Assembly: GCA_003165795.1 (NCBI GenBank)
Contig: PMWW01000146.1
Span: 11,489-75,488, forward strand
Source: Acidobacteriaceae bacterium
GTDB taxonomy: Bacteria; Acidobacteriota; Terriglobia; Terriglobales; Acidobacteriaceae
Direction: 5' to 3'
DNA: 64,000 nt
In this document: piece by piece, positions 26,114-34,812 of the stretch
How the letters are laid out: every line of letters begins with the position of its first letter
How positions within the stretch are numbered: position 1 is the first letter of the stretch
The notes under the pieces: generated by a model
What the model was told of the DNA's origin: nothing
Databases searched by the model: none
The model's input: only the letters and a program-made list of their open reading frames with translations
Position numbers and translations under genes: made by a program

Positions 26114-27489
26114 AGCGCCACCCTAGCTTGCCGGCAGCGCCGCGTGAAGTGGGCCGCCGCTTCCGGATGGGCGGCAAAGCTCACGTGGATGTAGCTGGCG
26201 AGAACACTGCCGGCGCAGTAGCCTTCGGGCTCTTCCGTTCCCGCCAGCACTCGCCGAGTATGGTATTGCCGCCTGACGTCCGCCTTAGGAGTCACGCACG
26301 AGTATTGAAAACTATGCCCCCGCAGGCGAGTTCCCCGTGACGCTATTGGACAATCGTCGAGCACCTGGACCTCGGTGTAGCCGAATCCCTCCAGCCGATC
26401 CTGCATCTCGACCGAAAGCGGCAATACGGAGGCCATGGCATGACAGCGTCCGTCCAGGGTCTGCAAGTTGTCGGCGAGGTACATCAAGCCGCCGCATTCG
26501 CCGTAAACCGGATGGCCAGTTCGGGCAAACTTGCGGACCGATTCCAGGAACGAATGGTTTTCCGCCAGTTCCGCCGCGTAGACTTCAGGATGGCCGCCCC
26601 CCAGGTAAAGGCCGTCGAGCGTGGCGGGCAACGACCTATCCGCTAGCGGACTGACTTCCACCAGCTCCGCCCCGGCCCGGCGCAACGCATCGAGCGAGGA
26701 CTGGTAATAGAAGGAAAACGCGCGGTCCCTGGCGATGCCGATGTGTACCCGGCGGTTTCGCCCAGCGGAGCGCTGGGGAGAAATTGTCTCCGGCTCTTCG
26801 CCCGGGGCAATGACGTCGCAACTTGCCAGCAAGCGATCCAGTTCGACGTGGCTCTCGACGGCCCGGATCACGAGCTTGACTTGCTCGGAGTTCCAGGTCC
26901 TCTCGGCGGCCGTGACCAATCCCAGATGCCGCTCCCGCAGGCCCAACTCGGGCAAATTGGGGAACCAGCCCAGGACTGGCACGCCGATGGGAGGGCTGGC
27001 CTCGCGCAGTAGGTCCACCTGAAGCGGCCCCGCGGCACCGTTCAAAATGACGCCCAGCAGCCGCACTGTGGGACCGAACTCGGCGAAGCCTTTCACCATC
27101 GCGGCGACGCTGCGCGCCGCATTGGAAGCATCTACCACCAGCACAATCGGTAATCCCAAGAGCTTGGCGATCTCGGCGGTGCTGCCTTCGTCCGAGCTTC
27201 CATTCACGCCGTCGAACAGTCCCGTGACGCCTTCCACTACGCCAACGTCGGCGTCACGCATGGCTTGGCGGAAGATGGAGAGGTTGGTCGCAACGGGCAA
27301 CATCCAAGTGTCCAGGTTGTACGAAGGACGTCCGGCGAGCGCGGCCTGGTGGGACGGGTCGATGTAGTCGGGGCCGCACTTGAACGGCTGCACGGTGTGC
27401 CTCCGTGCTCGTAATGCGGCCAGCAGCGCCGCGGTGATGGTGGTCTTACCAACTCCAGGGCCGGTCCCGGCGACCACGAAGCCCTTCAT
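26110..27489 (-). CDS. cbiA: Cobyrinate a,c-diamide synthase (CbiA/CobB family amidotransferase)
   Basis: 459 aa. AGTGPGVGKTTITAAL...FKCGPDYIDPSH...NLDTWM N-terminal ATPase domain and C-terminal GATase (...YGECGGLMYL...). Confidence 0.8.
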   Translation of the reverse strand: MKGFVVAGTGPGVGKTTITAALLAALRARRHTVQPFKCGPDYIDPSHQAALAGRPSYNLDTWMLPVATNLSIFRQAMRDADVGVVEGVTGLFDGVNGSSDEGSTAEIAKLLGLPIVLVVDASNAARSVAAMVKGFAEFGPTVRLLGVILNGAAGPLQVDLLREASPPIGVPVLGWFPNLPELGLRERHLGLVTAAERTWNSEQVKLVIRAVESHVELDRLLASCDVIAPGEEPETISPQRSAGRNRRVHIGIARDRAFSFYYQSSLDALRRAGAELVEVSPLADRSLPATLDGLYLGGGHPEVYAAELAENHSFLESVRKFARTGHPVYGECGGLMYLADNLQTLDGRCHAMASVLPLSVEMQDRLEGFGYTEVQVLDDCPIASRGTRLRGHSFQYSCVTPKADVRRQYHTRRVLAGTEEPEGYCAGSVLASYIHVSFAAHPEAAAHFTRRCRQARVAL

Positions 27490-28040
27490 GCCGGCACCGC
27501 CATTGCCTGCTTGATAACGAGGGGGCAGCCGGCGACTAGCAGAATGACTTCGTCCGCGGCGGCGGCGATACGCTGGTTCACGCCGCCCAGCAGATCGCGG
27601 TAGGTGCGGGCCATCTCATTAGCGGGGACGATCCCGCTGCCCACCTCATTGGAAACCAGCACCACGGAGCCGGAGACGCCCAGCAGCACCTGGGCCAGGC
27701 GATCGGCGTGGGCCAGAACGCGGGCCCTGTCCGACGCCTCGTGCTCCATCAGGTTCGCGGTCCATACCGTGAGGCAGTCGATCACGATGGTGTCGAACTG
27801 GCCGCCGCACTGCAGCAGAGCGTCTTCCAGCAAAATTGGGGCTTCGATGGTCGTCCACCCGGCCGGCCGCTCGGCACGATGCTTGGCGATACGATCGCGC
27901 ATCTCGTCATCGCCGGCTTGGGCCGTAGCCAGAAAGGCCACGCGCCGGCCGCGGGTGGCGAATTCCTGCGCGTACTGGCTCTTCCCGCTGCGAACACCAC
28001 CCAGCACCAGAACGATTCTTCGGCCCACGTCTTCAGCCAT
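27486..28040 (-). CDS. cobU: Bifunctional adenosylcobinamide kinase / cobinamide-phosphate guanylyltransferase
   Basis: 184 aa. P-loop LGGVRSGKSQYAQ, then ...VIDCLTVW..., ...VLVSNEVGSGIVP... Confidence 0.85.
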   Translation of the reverse strand: MAEDVGRRIVLVLGGVRSGKSQYAQEFATRGRRVAFLATAQAGDDEMRDRIAKHRAERPAGWTTIEAPILLEDALLQCGGQFDTIVIDCLTVWTANLMEHEASDRARVLAHADRLAQVLLGVSGSVVLVSNEVGSGIVPANEMARTYRDLLGGVNQRIAAAADEVILLVAGCPLVIKQAMAVPA

Positions 28041-28164
28041 ACTTCATCCCGCGCACAAGTCACGTCTCGGACGGGAAAGCTCGTGCCGCAAATCTTCCAG
28101 AAGACCCTAGCGAGCAGGTCGTCAAGATGCCGATTGACCCTCCCATCGAGACCAAATCGGACAA

Positions 28165-28317
28165 TAGGTAAGTGCCTGGCCGGAATCCTGACTTGCGCCT
28201 CAGCGATCCGGAACCGCCTTCCTAGAACCTTTAGCTCCAGTGGCTTGCTGGTCGGACCTCCGCGCTTACAGTTGCGGGGCAGTGGCGGATTTTCACCGCG
28301 CTTCTCAACTGCCAGAC
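28165..28317 (-). promoter_or_regulatory. Cobalamin riboswitch 2, leader of the cobU-cbiA-btuF operon
   Basis: The minus strand reads ...GAGAAGCGCGGTGAAAATCCGCCACTGCCCCGCAACTGTAAGCG...GCCACTGGAGCTAAAGGTTCTAGGAAGGCGG...AAGTCAGGATTCCGGCC (B12 box). The core is near-identical to riboswitch 1. Confidence 0.85.
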
Positions 28318-28323
28318 ATTCCG

Positions 28324-28352
28324 GTTATAGCTCCCGGAAAATGCGGTGTCAA
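28324..28352 (-). promoter_or_regulatory. Sigma70-like promoter P1 (TTGACA-17-TATAAC) just upstream of riboswitch 2
   Basis: The minus strand reads TTGACA ccgcattttccgggagc TATAAC. The -35 is at 28347-28352 and the -10 at 28324-28329. Confidence 0.6.
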
Positions 28353-28390
28353 TCTTCGTCATATGATCGGCGTACAACTTGAGGGTAGCT

Positions 28391-28405
28391 TTCCCATATT
28401 GGGAA
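28391..28405. promoter_or_regulatory. Palindrome TTCCCA-TAT-TGGGAA between tandem promoters P2 and P1
   Basis: Perfect 6-3-6 inverted repeat with half-sites identical to the palindrome at 14195-14209 upstream of the acs operon. Confidence 0.5.
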
Positions 28406-28421
28406 GGCAGCCAGGTTTCAA

Positions 28422-28450
28422 AGTATAGCTCTCGGAAAAGCGGCGTTCAA
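28422..28450 (-). promoter_or_regulatory. Sigma70-like promoter P2 (TTGAAC-17-TATACT), a duplicated copy about 98 nt upstream of P1
   Basis: The minus strand reads TTGAAC gccgcttttccgagagc TATACT. The spacer is homologous to the P1 spacer. The surrounding unit of about 100 nt is an imperfect tandem duplication. Confidence 0.5.
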
Positions 28451-28487
28451 CTATCGTCGTAGGATTGTCGCTGCAAGCCGCAAGATG

Positions 28488-28520
28488 GGAAGTTCCGCTT
28501 TCTGCAAAGTAGGAAGTTCC
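28488..28520. promoter_or_regulatory. Two copies of the palindromic GGAAGTTCC box (within the repeated GGAAGTTCCGCTTT), 24 nt apart, upstream of P2
   Basis: GGAAGTTCC at 28488-28496 and 28512-28520. Each is a 4-1-4 inverted repeat. Confidence 0.4.
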
Positions 28521-28668
28521 GCTTTGCTAAGACAATACAACTGCTAACATCGCGCAGACCGCCCAAGGAGAACTTGCTCCAATGGAAGCGCACTTTTTCT
28601 GCCTTCGCAAGGCTAACGAGCAGAAATTAAGATCTGCCGGTCCCACGCTCCCCTTTCTTTGTTTTGTC

Positions 28669-30966
28669 TCACTTGCCAAAGTAGTACGTGAAACTCGCGC
28701 TAATGTAGGACTTCAAGGGAACGCCAACGACTTGCTCGACCGGAGCGACATTGGGCGGATAAGAGAACACCTCGGTTGTCTGGCCGGTGTAACCGTTGGC
28801 GATCAGGAAGTTGGCCGCAATGGACATGCGGTTTTCCAGAAACGGCCGGAGCACGGCGCCGCGAAACTCGGTAACCGGAGTTCCGATAAATCCGTCGCCG
28901 AGCGGCTTGGCTCGAACGTATTCGTACTCGCCGCGAAGCTGCAGACGCAGCGGCAGCTTGGTCAGAGAGCCGACCGTGTCCCAAATGAAGCGGGGCGCTT
29001 CCGGAATAGGCTGGCCGGTTTGCACGTCGCGGGCATCGGCTTGAGCGTAGGAAACATAGATCGACCCTACCGGGAAGTTTCTTTGCGCGGAGACGGAAAT
29101 GACCTTGTTGGTGGACGGGCCAACGATTTCCTGCAGTCCGGTGTCGGGATCGATCTTCGCCAGCTCTTGCGAGTTCGAGGTGCGTCGCAGAGTGACATAG
29201 AACTGCGTCTGCTTGAGCATTTTGGAAAGTACAAGTTGCTCGGCCCGCGAGGGGTCCAGAAGCGTTGGTATACCCGTGCCATTGCCGATTCGAGGATCTT
29301 CCGTGTGGAAGCCAAAGCCGTAGCTGAAAGCCACGGTTGGCAAGTACCAGCGGTCCGGCGGGAGGATGGTGAACGTTCCCTTGGGCAGCGTCAGCGTCGC
29401 CAGTTTGTCGAAGGAGTTTTGTGGATTGAGAAAGTCCTGGTTGTCCATCCAGACTTCTTCCTGACGAACACCCAGGTTGTAATGGAAATACTTCGCGACA
29501 GGACCGTCGACGGAGATGAAGGGCTCGACGAACGACAACGTCAGGTTATTGCTGGTCGTCAGTTGGTACTGGCCCTCGTCGCTGATGTGGTACAGGTCCA
29601 GATTGCGTGGTGCGTCGCGGCGAAGATCGACGCCGGCGAGCACGGCAAGCCACGGACGCAGGCTCTGAATGTAGGTAGCCTCGCCGCCGATAACGTTGCG
29701 CTTCTCGCTCTGCTGGATCAAGCCATCGCCGAAATCTGACCGTAGCGTAAGAGCGTAGTTGCGGAAGAAGCCCGAGAAGGAGAATTGCCGCTGTTCGTCC
29801 AACTTCCAGTTGTCGCTGGCGACCACCAGAGCGTTATGGGTGTAGTCGAGCTGACGGCTGTCGATGGTATCGCCCGCGACCGGGACGGTGATGGGAATCA
29901 ATCCTGGAACGTAAGAGGAACCGTAATAGCCGATGCCGAACAGGGTCAATTGGTGACGCCCGAAGTTGAATTGGCGCAGCCCGTTCAGCTTGTACTGCTG
30001 GCGATGCTCCAGGCGCTCCAGAAATCCGTTGCCGAAAGAAACTTCCATCGCGATCCATTCGTTGACCTGGGGCTTCGGCGAACTCCAACCGGCCATAAGG
30101 TCTCCGTCGCGATAGTCGCCGGTGAGCTGAACAAAGCTGATGAGATGCGACCGGGGAATGTAGTTAGCGGCCAGATCGACAGCATTGTTACCCTCGCGAA
30201 CGTTGAAAGCGCCGCCATCAATCGTCACCGCTTCAATGATCGGCGGGATGAGCACGTTGGGATCGGAATAGCCGTTGCCATGAGCATTGGCGGGAAGGTT
30301 GTTGGGAAAAAGGAAGGCCCCGATTTGAAAATATTGCGCGATGGGCTCGCCATGATCTCCGGCCACGCCGGGCGCAAAATACTGCGGCGCTTTAATTCCG
30401 CCCGACGCGGTTTCAATCGGCAGGCCGGGTATGGAAATGGGCGCTCCGGGGCGGCCGGGATTGGCGTCGAGCACCTGATCGTGAATGACCACCGTCTGCG
30501 AGGGATCGGGCGTCTCCAGCGCCGGAACGGAAGCGACGACCGTAACTTGCTGCTGGGCCGAAACTAGTTGCTGGAATTGCACGGTGACCTGCTGCGGCTG
30601 GCCAGAAGCCACGGAAACGCTCGCGACCACGGTGACATAGGACGGGTCCTCCGCCGTGATTTGATAGACCCCAGGGTCTACCGCGGCAAGCAGAAAGTTC
30701 CCCGCTTGGTCGCTGGCTGTCTCGACGACCTTGGTTCCGGCGGCGTTCAGCAACTTGATCTTGACCCCGGCAACGGAAGCGCCCTGGGGATCGAGGATTC
30801 GTCCGTGAATAGTTTCGGTGTCAGCCAAGGCGTTCGTGCCAAGACAGACCATGCAGACTGCAATCTGTAACACTTGACAGACTGACCGCAGCCGCCGTAG
30901 GCGAACGTGCGCAGTGAATAAGGAATGAGTGCGGGATGAAACGCCTCTCGTAATATCTTCCATCAT
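28669..30966 (-). CDS. TonB-dependent-receptor-like outer-membrane beta-barrel with CarboxypepD_reg domain
   Basis: 765 aa. Signal-like ...VCMVCLGTNALA, then IHGRILDPQGASVAGVKIKLLNAAGT...GNFLLAAVDPGVYQI, a long barrel, and a C-terminal ...FTYYFGK. The exact start is uncertain. Confidence 0.65.
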   Translation of the reverse strand: MMEDITRGVSSRTHSLFTAHVRLRRLRSVCQVLQIAVCMVCLGTNALADTETIHGRILDPQGASVAGVKIKLLNAAGTKVVETASDQAGNFLLAAVDPGVYQITAEDPSYVTVVASVSVASGQPQQVTVQFQQLVSAQQQVTVVASVPALETPDPSQTVVIHDQVLDANPGRPGAPISIPGLPIETASGGIKAPQYFAPGVAGDHGEPIAQYFQIGAFLFPNNLPANAHGNGYSDPNVLIPPIIEAVTIDGGAFNVREGNNAVDLAANYIPRSHLISFVQLTGDYRDGDLMAGWSSPKPQVNEWIAMEVSFGNGFLERLEHRQQYKLNGLRQFNFGRHQLTLFGIGYYGSSYVPGLIPITVPVAGDTIDSRQLDYTHNALVVASDNWKLDEQRQFSFSGFFRNYALTLRSDFGDGLIQQSEKRNVIGGEATYIQSLRPWLAVLAGVDLRRDAPRNLDLYHISDEGQYQLTTSNNLTLSFVEPFISVDGPVAKYFHYNLGVRQEEVWMDNQDFLNPQNSFDKLATLTLPKGTFTILPPDRWYLPTVAFSYGFGFHTEDPRIGNGTGIPTLLDPSRAEQLVLSKMLKQTQFYVTLRRTSNSQELAKIDPDTGLQEIVGPSTNKVISVSAQRNFPVGSIYVSYAQADARDVQTGQPIPEAPRFIWDTVGSLTKLPLRLQLRGEYEYVRAKPLGDGFIGTPVTEFRGAVLRPFLENRMSIAANFLIANGYTGQTTEVFSYPPNVAPVEQVVGVPLKSYISASFTYYFGK

Positions 30967-31349
30967 TTCGTGCTACTTCATGTCAAAGCAGTGCCCTGAT
31001 TTGTCATGGCCTTCGCTTCGGATTAAGCAATCAGACCGCTTCAAGCGATCGGAATCGAGAGCAACGCCGGTTCGGCCTAGTCCCATTGGATTCGCCTCTC
31101 AACACTGAAAAGTAGCACACAACTTGAGAAAGTAACACCAAGAAAATGTCCCGAGCGGTGCCAGCTCGCCCGTTATGGTAATACGTCGGCTATTTCGAGT
31201 CTTGGATTCAATGGAGCGGCCCGGTAACGCCAGGCGGCCCGGTGCCGGAAATGTGGATGCAACTGAAACAGCGGAACTGTAGATACAAGCAAGACGGTAT
31301 GCTACTGATAGCGCGCTATTGGGTTATGCAAGGGACAAGCAAGGGTCAA

Positions 31350-32120
31350 ATGCGGATCGCTTTCCTTCACCTGGCGCCCCTCCCCGGAGAGGTCGAGCAC
31401 AATCAGCGACTGATCGAAACGGGCATTACCATGGCTGCCGAGGCGGGTGCGCATTTGGTGCTGACTCCGGAGCTGGCAACTACCGGCTACGGGTTTAGTG
31501 ATCGCATTGGTACAGATTGGATTGCGACTCAGCCCGACGCTTGGGTACGCGGTATTTGCGATCTGGCCCGTCGCCACGGAACTGCCGTTCTCCTTGGCCA
31601 TGTGGAGCGAGATGAAACTCAAGGCACCCTGCACAATAGCCTATTCGCGATCTCCGCCGCTGGAGAGCTCCTGGGTCGGCACCGGAAGATAAATACGCTC
31701 CGGGTCGGCTCAGAGGCTTGGTCTGTCCCAGATAGTAAAGCCACAGTCCTCGACTTGTGTCCCAACGTGAAGGCGGGCATCCTGATTTGCGCGGACGCGT
31801 GTACGACTGAGATTGCTCGGCAGATGAAAGCATCAGGCGCTACGCTCCTGCTTTCCGCCGCAGCCTGGGCGCCCGGTCTGCATGGTCCGAATGGCGAGTG
31901 GGAGCAAATTACCCAAGCGACGGGATTGCCGCTATTCGTCTGCAATCGTACTGGGCAAGACGTCATGCTGAACTTTGGCGGCGCCGCGAGCGCTGTCGTT
32001 TATCGAGGATCTCGTCTCCTGTCCATGACATCGGCCCAGTCGGCGCTCTTTGTGGTTGATTGGAATGTTGAAGAAGAAAAATTGGAAACTAGCCAGCCCT
32101 TTAGGTTCGACATTCCCTAG
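31350..32120 (+). CDS. Carbon-nitrogen hydrolase (nitrilase superfamily) protein
   Basis: Starting at the internal ATG (MRIAFLHLAP...). Glu-Lys-Cys triad contexts LTPELATTGY, HRKINT, GILICADA. Confidence 0.75.
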   Translation: MRIAFLHLAPLPGEVEHNQRLIETGITMAAEAGAHLVLTPELATTGYGFSDRIGTDWIATQPDAWVRGICDLARRHGTAVLLGHVERDETQGTLHNSLFAISAAGELLGRHRKINTLRVGSEAWSVPDSKATVLDLCPNVKAGILICADACTTEIARQMKASGATLLLSAAAWAPGLHGPNGEWEQITQATGLPLFVCNRTGQDVMLNFGGAASAVVYRGSRLLSMTSAQSALFVVDWNVEEEKLETSQPFRFDIP

Positions 32121-32542
32121 AACGCATATCAACTTAGTTTGCCGTGGATCTCATCAGCGCAGGCGGTGATTTCCTGGATCCAACGATTGAGATCGTGAGC
32201 GCCGTAGCCATGCAATCGCTGCCGCTACAGGGCGGGAAATTTGTCGGTATTGTCATAATCATCGAATGGCGGTCTTCCAAGATCCTGATGGCGGGGAAAT
32301 TTGCTCATCAAACGTAAGGATCGGAATGAAGATCACATGCACGATGTCTAACCGTCACAGACAGGCGGGAAACTTCCTATTATAGCCCACGACAGTTCTT
32401 CGATTTGGATTTGCAGTATCTCGCGCAGGCGCAGGGAACGCCGTGAGAATCGGCGACAGTGGCGCTGCTGTAACTGGCTACGAAACCTCAAGTAACCACT
32501 CGGCCGTCCGGGGAAGGCGAGGCGTAGGTCCGAAGCCAGAAG

Positions 32543-32887
32543 TCAGAACAACGGTCGGCGCGACCAACTTGGAAACTTCGCTCCAAAGGAGACCGCTTTT
32601 GTGTATTTCCCCTGCGTATTCCCCTCGATCCGGGATACCCACGAGTTTAGCAAGGGGCCGGAGCAACTCCGGCCGCCACGCAATTCGGACACTACCTGTC
32701 TTCGACACTCGACGCGCCGCTTTACTTTGATGGCTGGCACCGGTCTTTCGACGAAAGTCGAGATGACGATTATCGCGTCGGAATCAACCGCAATTGCGGC
32801 CACAACTTCGTCTCTCTCAACGGATCGTAGCAAGCGGCCGAACAGGTCGCCCCGTATCAGCGGATTAGTAGTTTCACTAATGAGCAT
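32543..32887 (-). pseudogene. Degenerate PIN-domain (VapC-like) toxin remnant
   Basis: The N-terminus LISETTNPLIRGD resembles the PIN motif llDTNvli, and ...DEVVAAIAVDSDAIIVISTFVERPVPAIKV resembles the PIN C-terminus. About 70 central residues are missing and the tail is unrelated. Confidence 0.3.
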
Positions 32888-32950
32888 GATGAGCCGGCGC
32901 CTGGATACGCCGCTTGGTCGCGGAATGCATCCGGAGGCTTAAGGGATGAC

Positions 32951-33547
32951 ATGGTGACGCCTTACTTTTATGCTCTGTGCCTGCTCAGCGTTGTTGCAGC
33001 CGTGATTCTTGCGGCTGTCTCAGCTGGGCACGGGCCGGTATGGATTTCCGCATTGTCTCTGGTGACAGGGTTTGCCGCAAGCGCTGCATGGTTCCGTCCG
33101 GAGCGGCTCCACGAACCGGTATGGGTGCCCGGCCTGTGCGCGGCGGTGGCAGCGCTCCATCTGGTGAGGCCAAAGTACGCCCCCCTCACCGCGTTATTCG
33201 CAGGAGTGATGGCAGGTCTGTCCGCGTCGCTGCTGTCGGCATATGGACTGCCGTTTGCCACGTCCCTGACCGCGGCGGCAATGCCTCCGGCAATTGCGGT
33301 TCTGCTGGCGGCAACGCGGCCTGAGTTCGTTCCGGCTGATCTTCGGGAAGAAGCCCTTCTTGGATTGCTCACTCTGAGTCTTCTGGTGGCTTTGGCGCCG
33401 GGGCTGATCGGAGGCTGGCAGTCGGCTCTGGCGCTGAACGTGGAGGAAAAGGGTCGCGCGACTCTGGCTATTCCCGTTTGGACATTTTCTTTAGGGCTGG
33501 CGTCTATGGCCTTGGGCGGGGCCTACGCCGCATGGAGGCGCCGGTGA
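32951..33547 (+). CDS. Hypothetical polytopic membrane protein
   Basis: 198 aa with about 6 hydrophobic helices rich in Ala/Leu. No recognisable motif. Confidence 0.5.
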   Translation: MVTPYFYALCLLSVVAAVILAAVSAGHGPVWISALSLVTGFAASAAWFRPERLHEPVWVPGLCAAVAALHLVRPKYAPLTALFAGVMAGLSASLLSAYGLPFATSLTAAAMPPAIAVLLAATRPEFVPADLREEALLGLLTLSLLVALAPGLIGGWQSALALNVEEKGRATLAIPVWTFSLGLASMALGGAYAAWRRR

Positions 33548-34589
33548 ATCTGCAACAAGTGCTTGAAAACGGTCTGTTTGCCCTGGGACATGTCCTGCGC
33601 TTCCCCGTAATGGTGTTGTTGTGGGTGTGCGTCGTGGCCGCTTTGTTCATGGCGGGAAGCTGCATGGTCGATTTTGTGGCTAGCGAGCGGCACGGAAAGA
33701 GTCCGGAAGTGGTCATCACCAACACGCGCGATCCCGGCAAGCCGGAGATGACCTCCATGGACAAGTTCCTCGGACCGAGTTTCGCACGCGCTACATAAAC
33801 CCCACCTGGATTGAAGGCATGAAGAAAGAGGGTTATGCCGGCGCCGGTGAGATGCGTCAGTTCGTCGAATATTTGTGGGGTTGGAATGCTACCGTTACCG
33901 GGCTGGTCGACGCCAAAATGTGGCAAGAGACCTTCGAAGTTTACGTGCAGGACAAGCACAAGCTCGGCATGAAGGAATTCTTCGAGAAGAACTCGCCATT
34001 CGCCTACCAGGATATGACCGCACGCATGGTCGAGACGGTTCGCAAGGGCTACTGGAAGGCCGATGCCGCGACCGAAAAGAAGCTTTTGTCGGAATACATG
34101 CTGAGCGTCAATCAGCATGGCGTTGGTTGCGCCGCGCACACCTGCGGCAATCCCCGCCTGTCGAAGTACGTTATGGACCGTGCCAAAGCCATGGGCATTC
34201 CGGTTCCCAGCATCGAAGGTTTCCAGCGGGCCATGGAAAAGGCGATGGGGACGCAGATATCGAAAGCCGCCGGCTCCGCGGAGAATTTCGTGGCCCACAA
34301 CGAGGCCGCAAAAGAGCCTGCAAAAAAGCCCGCCAAAGACTCCGCTCCCACGCAGATCAGCAAACGCCAGGCGCCTGCCGCGAACCAGGCCCCCTCACCT
34401 CAGCAACTCCACGGTTATTTGATGGAAGCCAAAGATCAAGCTTCTCGCGCGGTGGCCAAAACCACCCAGAACGTCACGCGAAAACAGGGCTGGGAAGCGT
34501 TCTGGATTTTCGCGCCGGTGCTGCTTGCTCTGTTCGTCTGGCAACGGCATCGGAGAACAAGCATCCTAGGACGAGGTTCGTCCGGATAG
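33520..34589 (+). pseudogene. Chimeric, frameshifted remnant: N-terminus of a MotA/ExbB-like membrane protein joined to the C-terminal ~300 aa of a CobN/Mg-chelatase-H-like protein
   Basis: Frame 1 (ORF 33478-33798) reads ...LRFPVMVLLWVCVVAALFMAG then CobN-like ...GKSPEVVITNTRDPGKPEMTSMDKFLG. After a 1-nt frame change near 33770 it continues ...TEFRTRYINPTWIEGMKKEGYAGAGEMRQFVEYLWGWNATV... (ORF 33819-34589). That is the conserved CobN C-terminus (NPkWieGm..hGYkGa.Em). The ~1000 N-terminal CobN residues are absent. Confidence 0.55.
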
Positions 34590-34812
34590 ATTGGTCAGTA
34601 CTCGTCTTGAATTTGCCACTACGCCGCGGTTGATAATTTTTCGCGTCGCGCGGCGCGCGATCAACCTTGCCAGCCTCGACTCTTTAAAATACATTTACCT
34701 CCATCACCAGCGCAGCGATTTTGCGCCCGAGGAACTCCAAGAGCCAACTTTGCTCAGGGTCAGGGACATCTTCTCTTCGCAGCGTCAGCCTATGTGACTG
34801 GCGGACCATCGC

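Noticed and set aside
30967-31240. Possible third cobalamin riboswitch or TPP riboswitch in front of the third TonB receptor.
   Set aside because: No GCCACTG core, no B12 box (AGYCMGGAGACCKGCC-like) and no CTGAGA...ACCTGA TPP signature. Only a weak long-range complementarity remains, which is reported as a low-interest finding.
33875-34633. 252-aa plus ORF overlapping the CobN remnant in another frame.
   Set aside because: It is an Arg/Gly-rich frame overlapping the frame that carries the conserved CobN C-terminal motifs.
34636-34676. GC-rich inverted repeat GGTTGAT...TCGCGCG/CGCGCGA...ATCAACC after the CobN remnant, considered as a rho-independent terminator.
   Set aside because: The T-run precedes rather than follows the stem on the plus strand, and no minus-strand gene ends here. 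It cannot be assigned.
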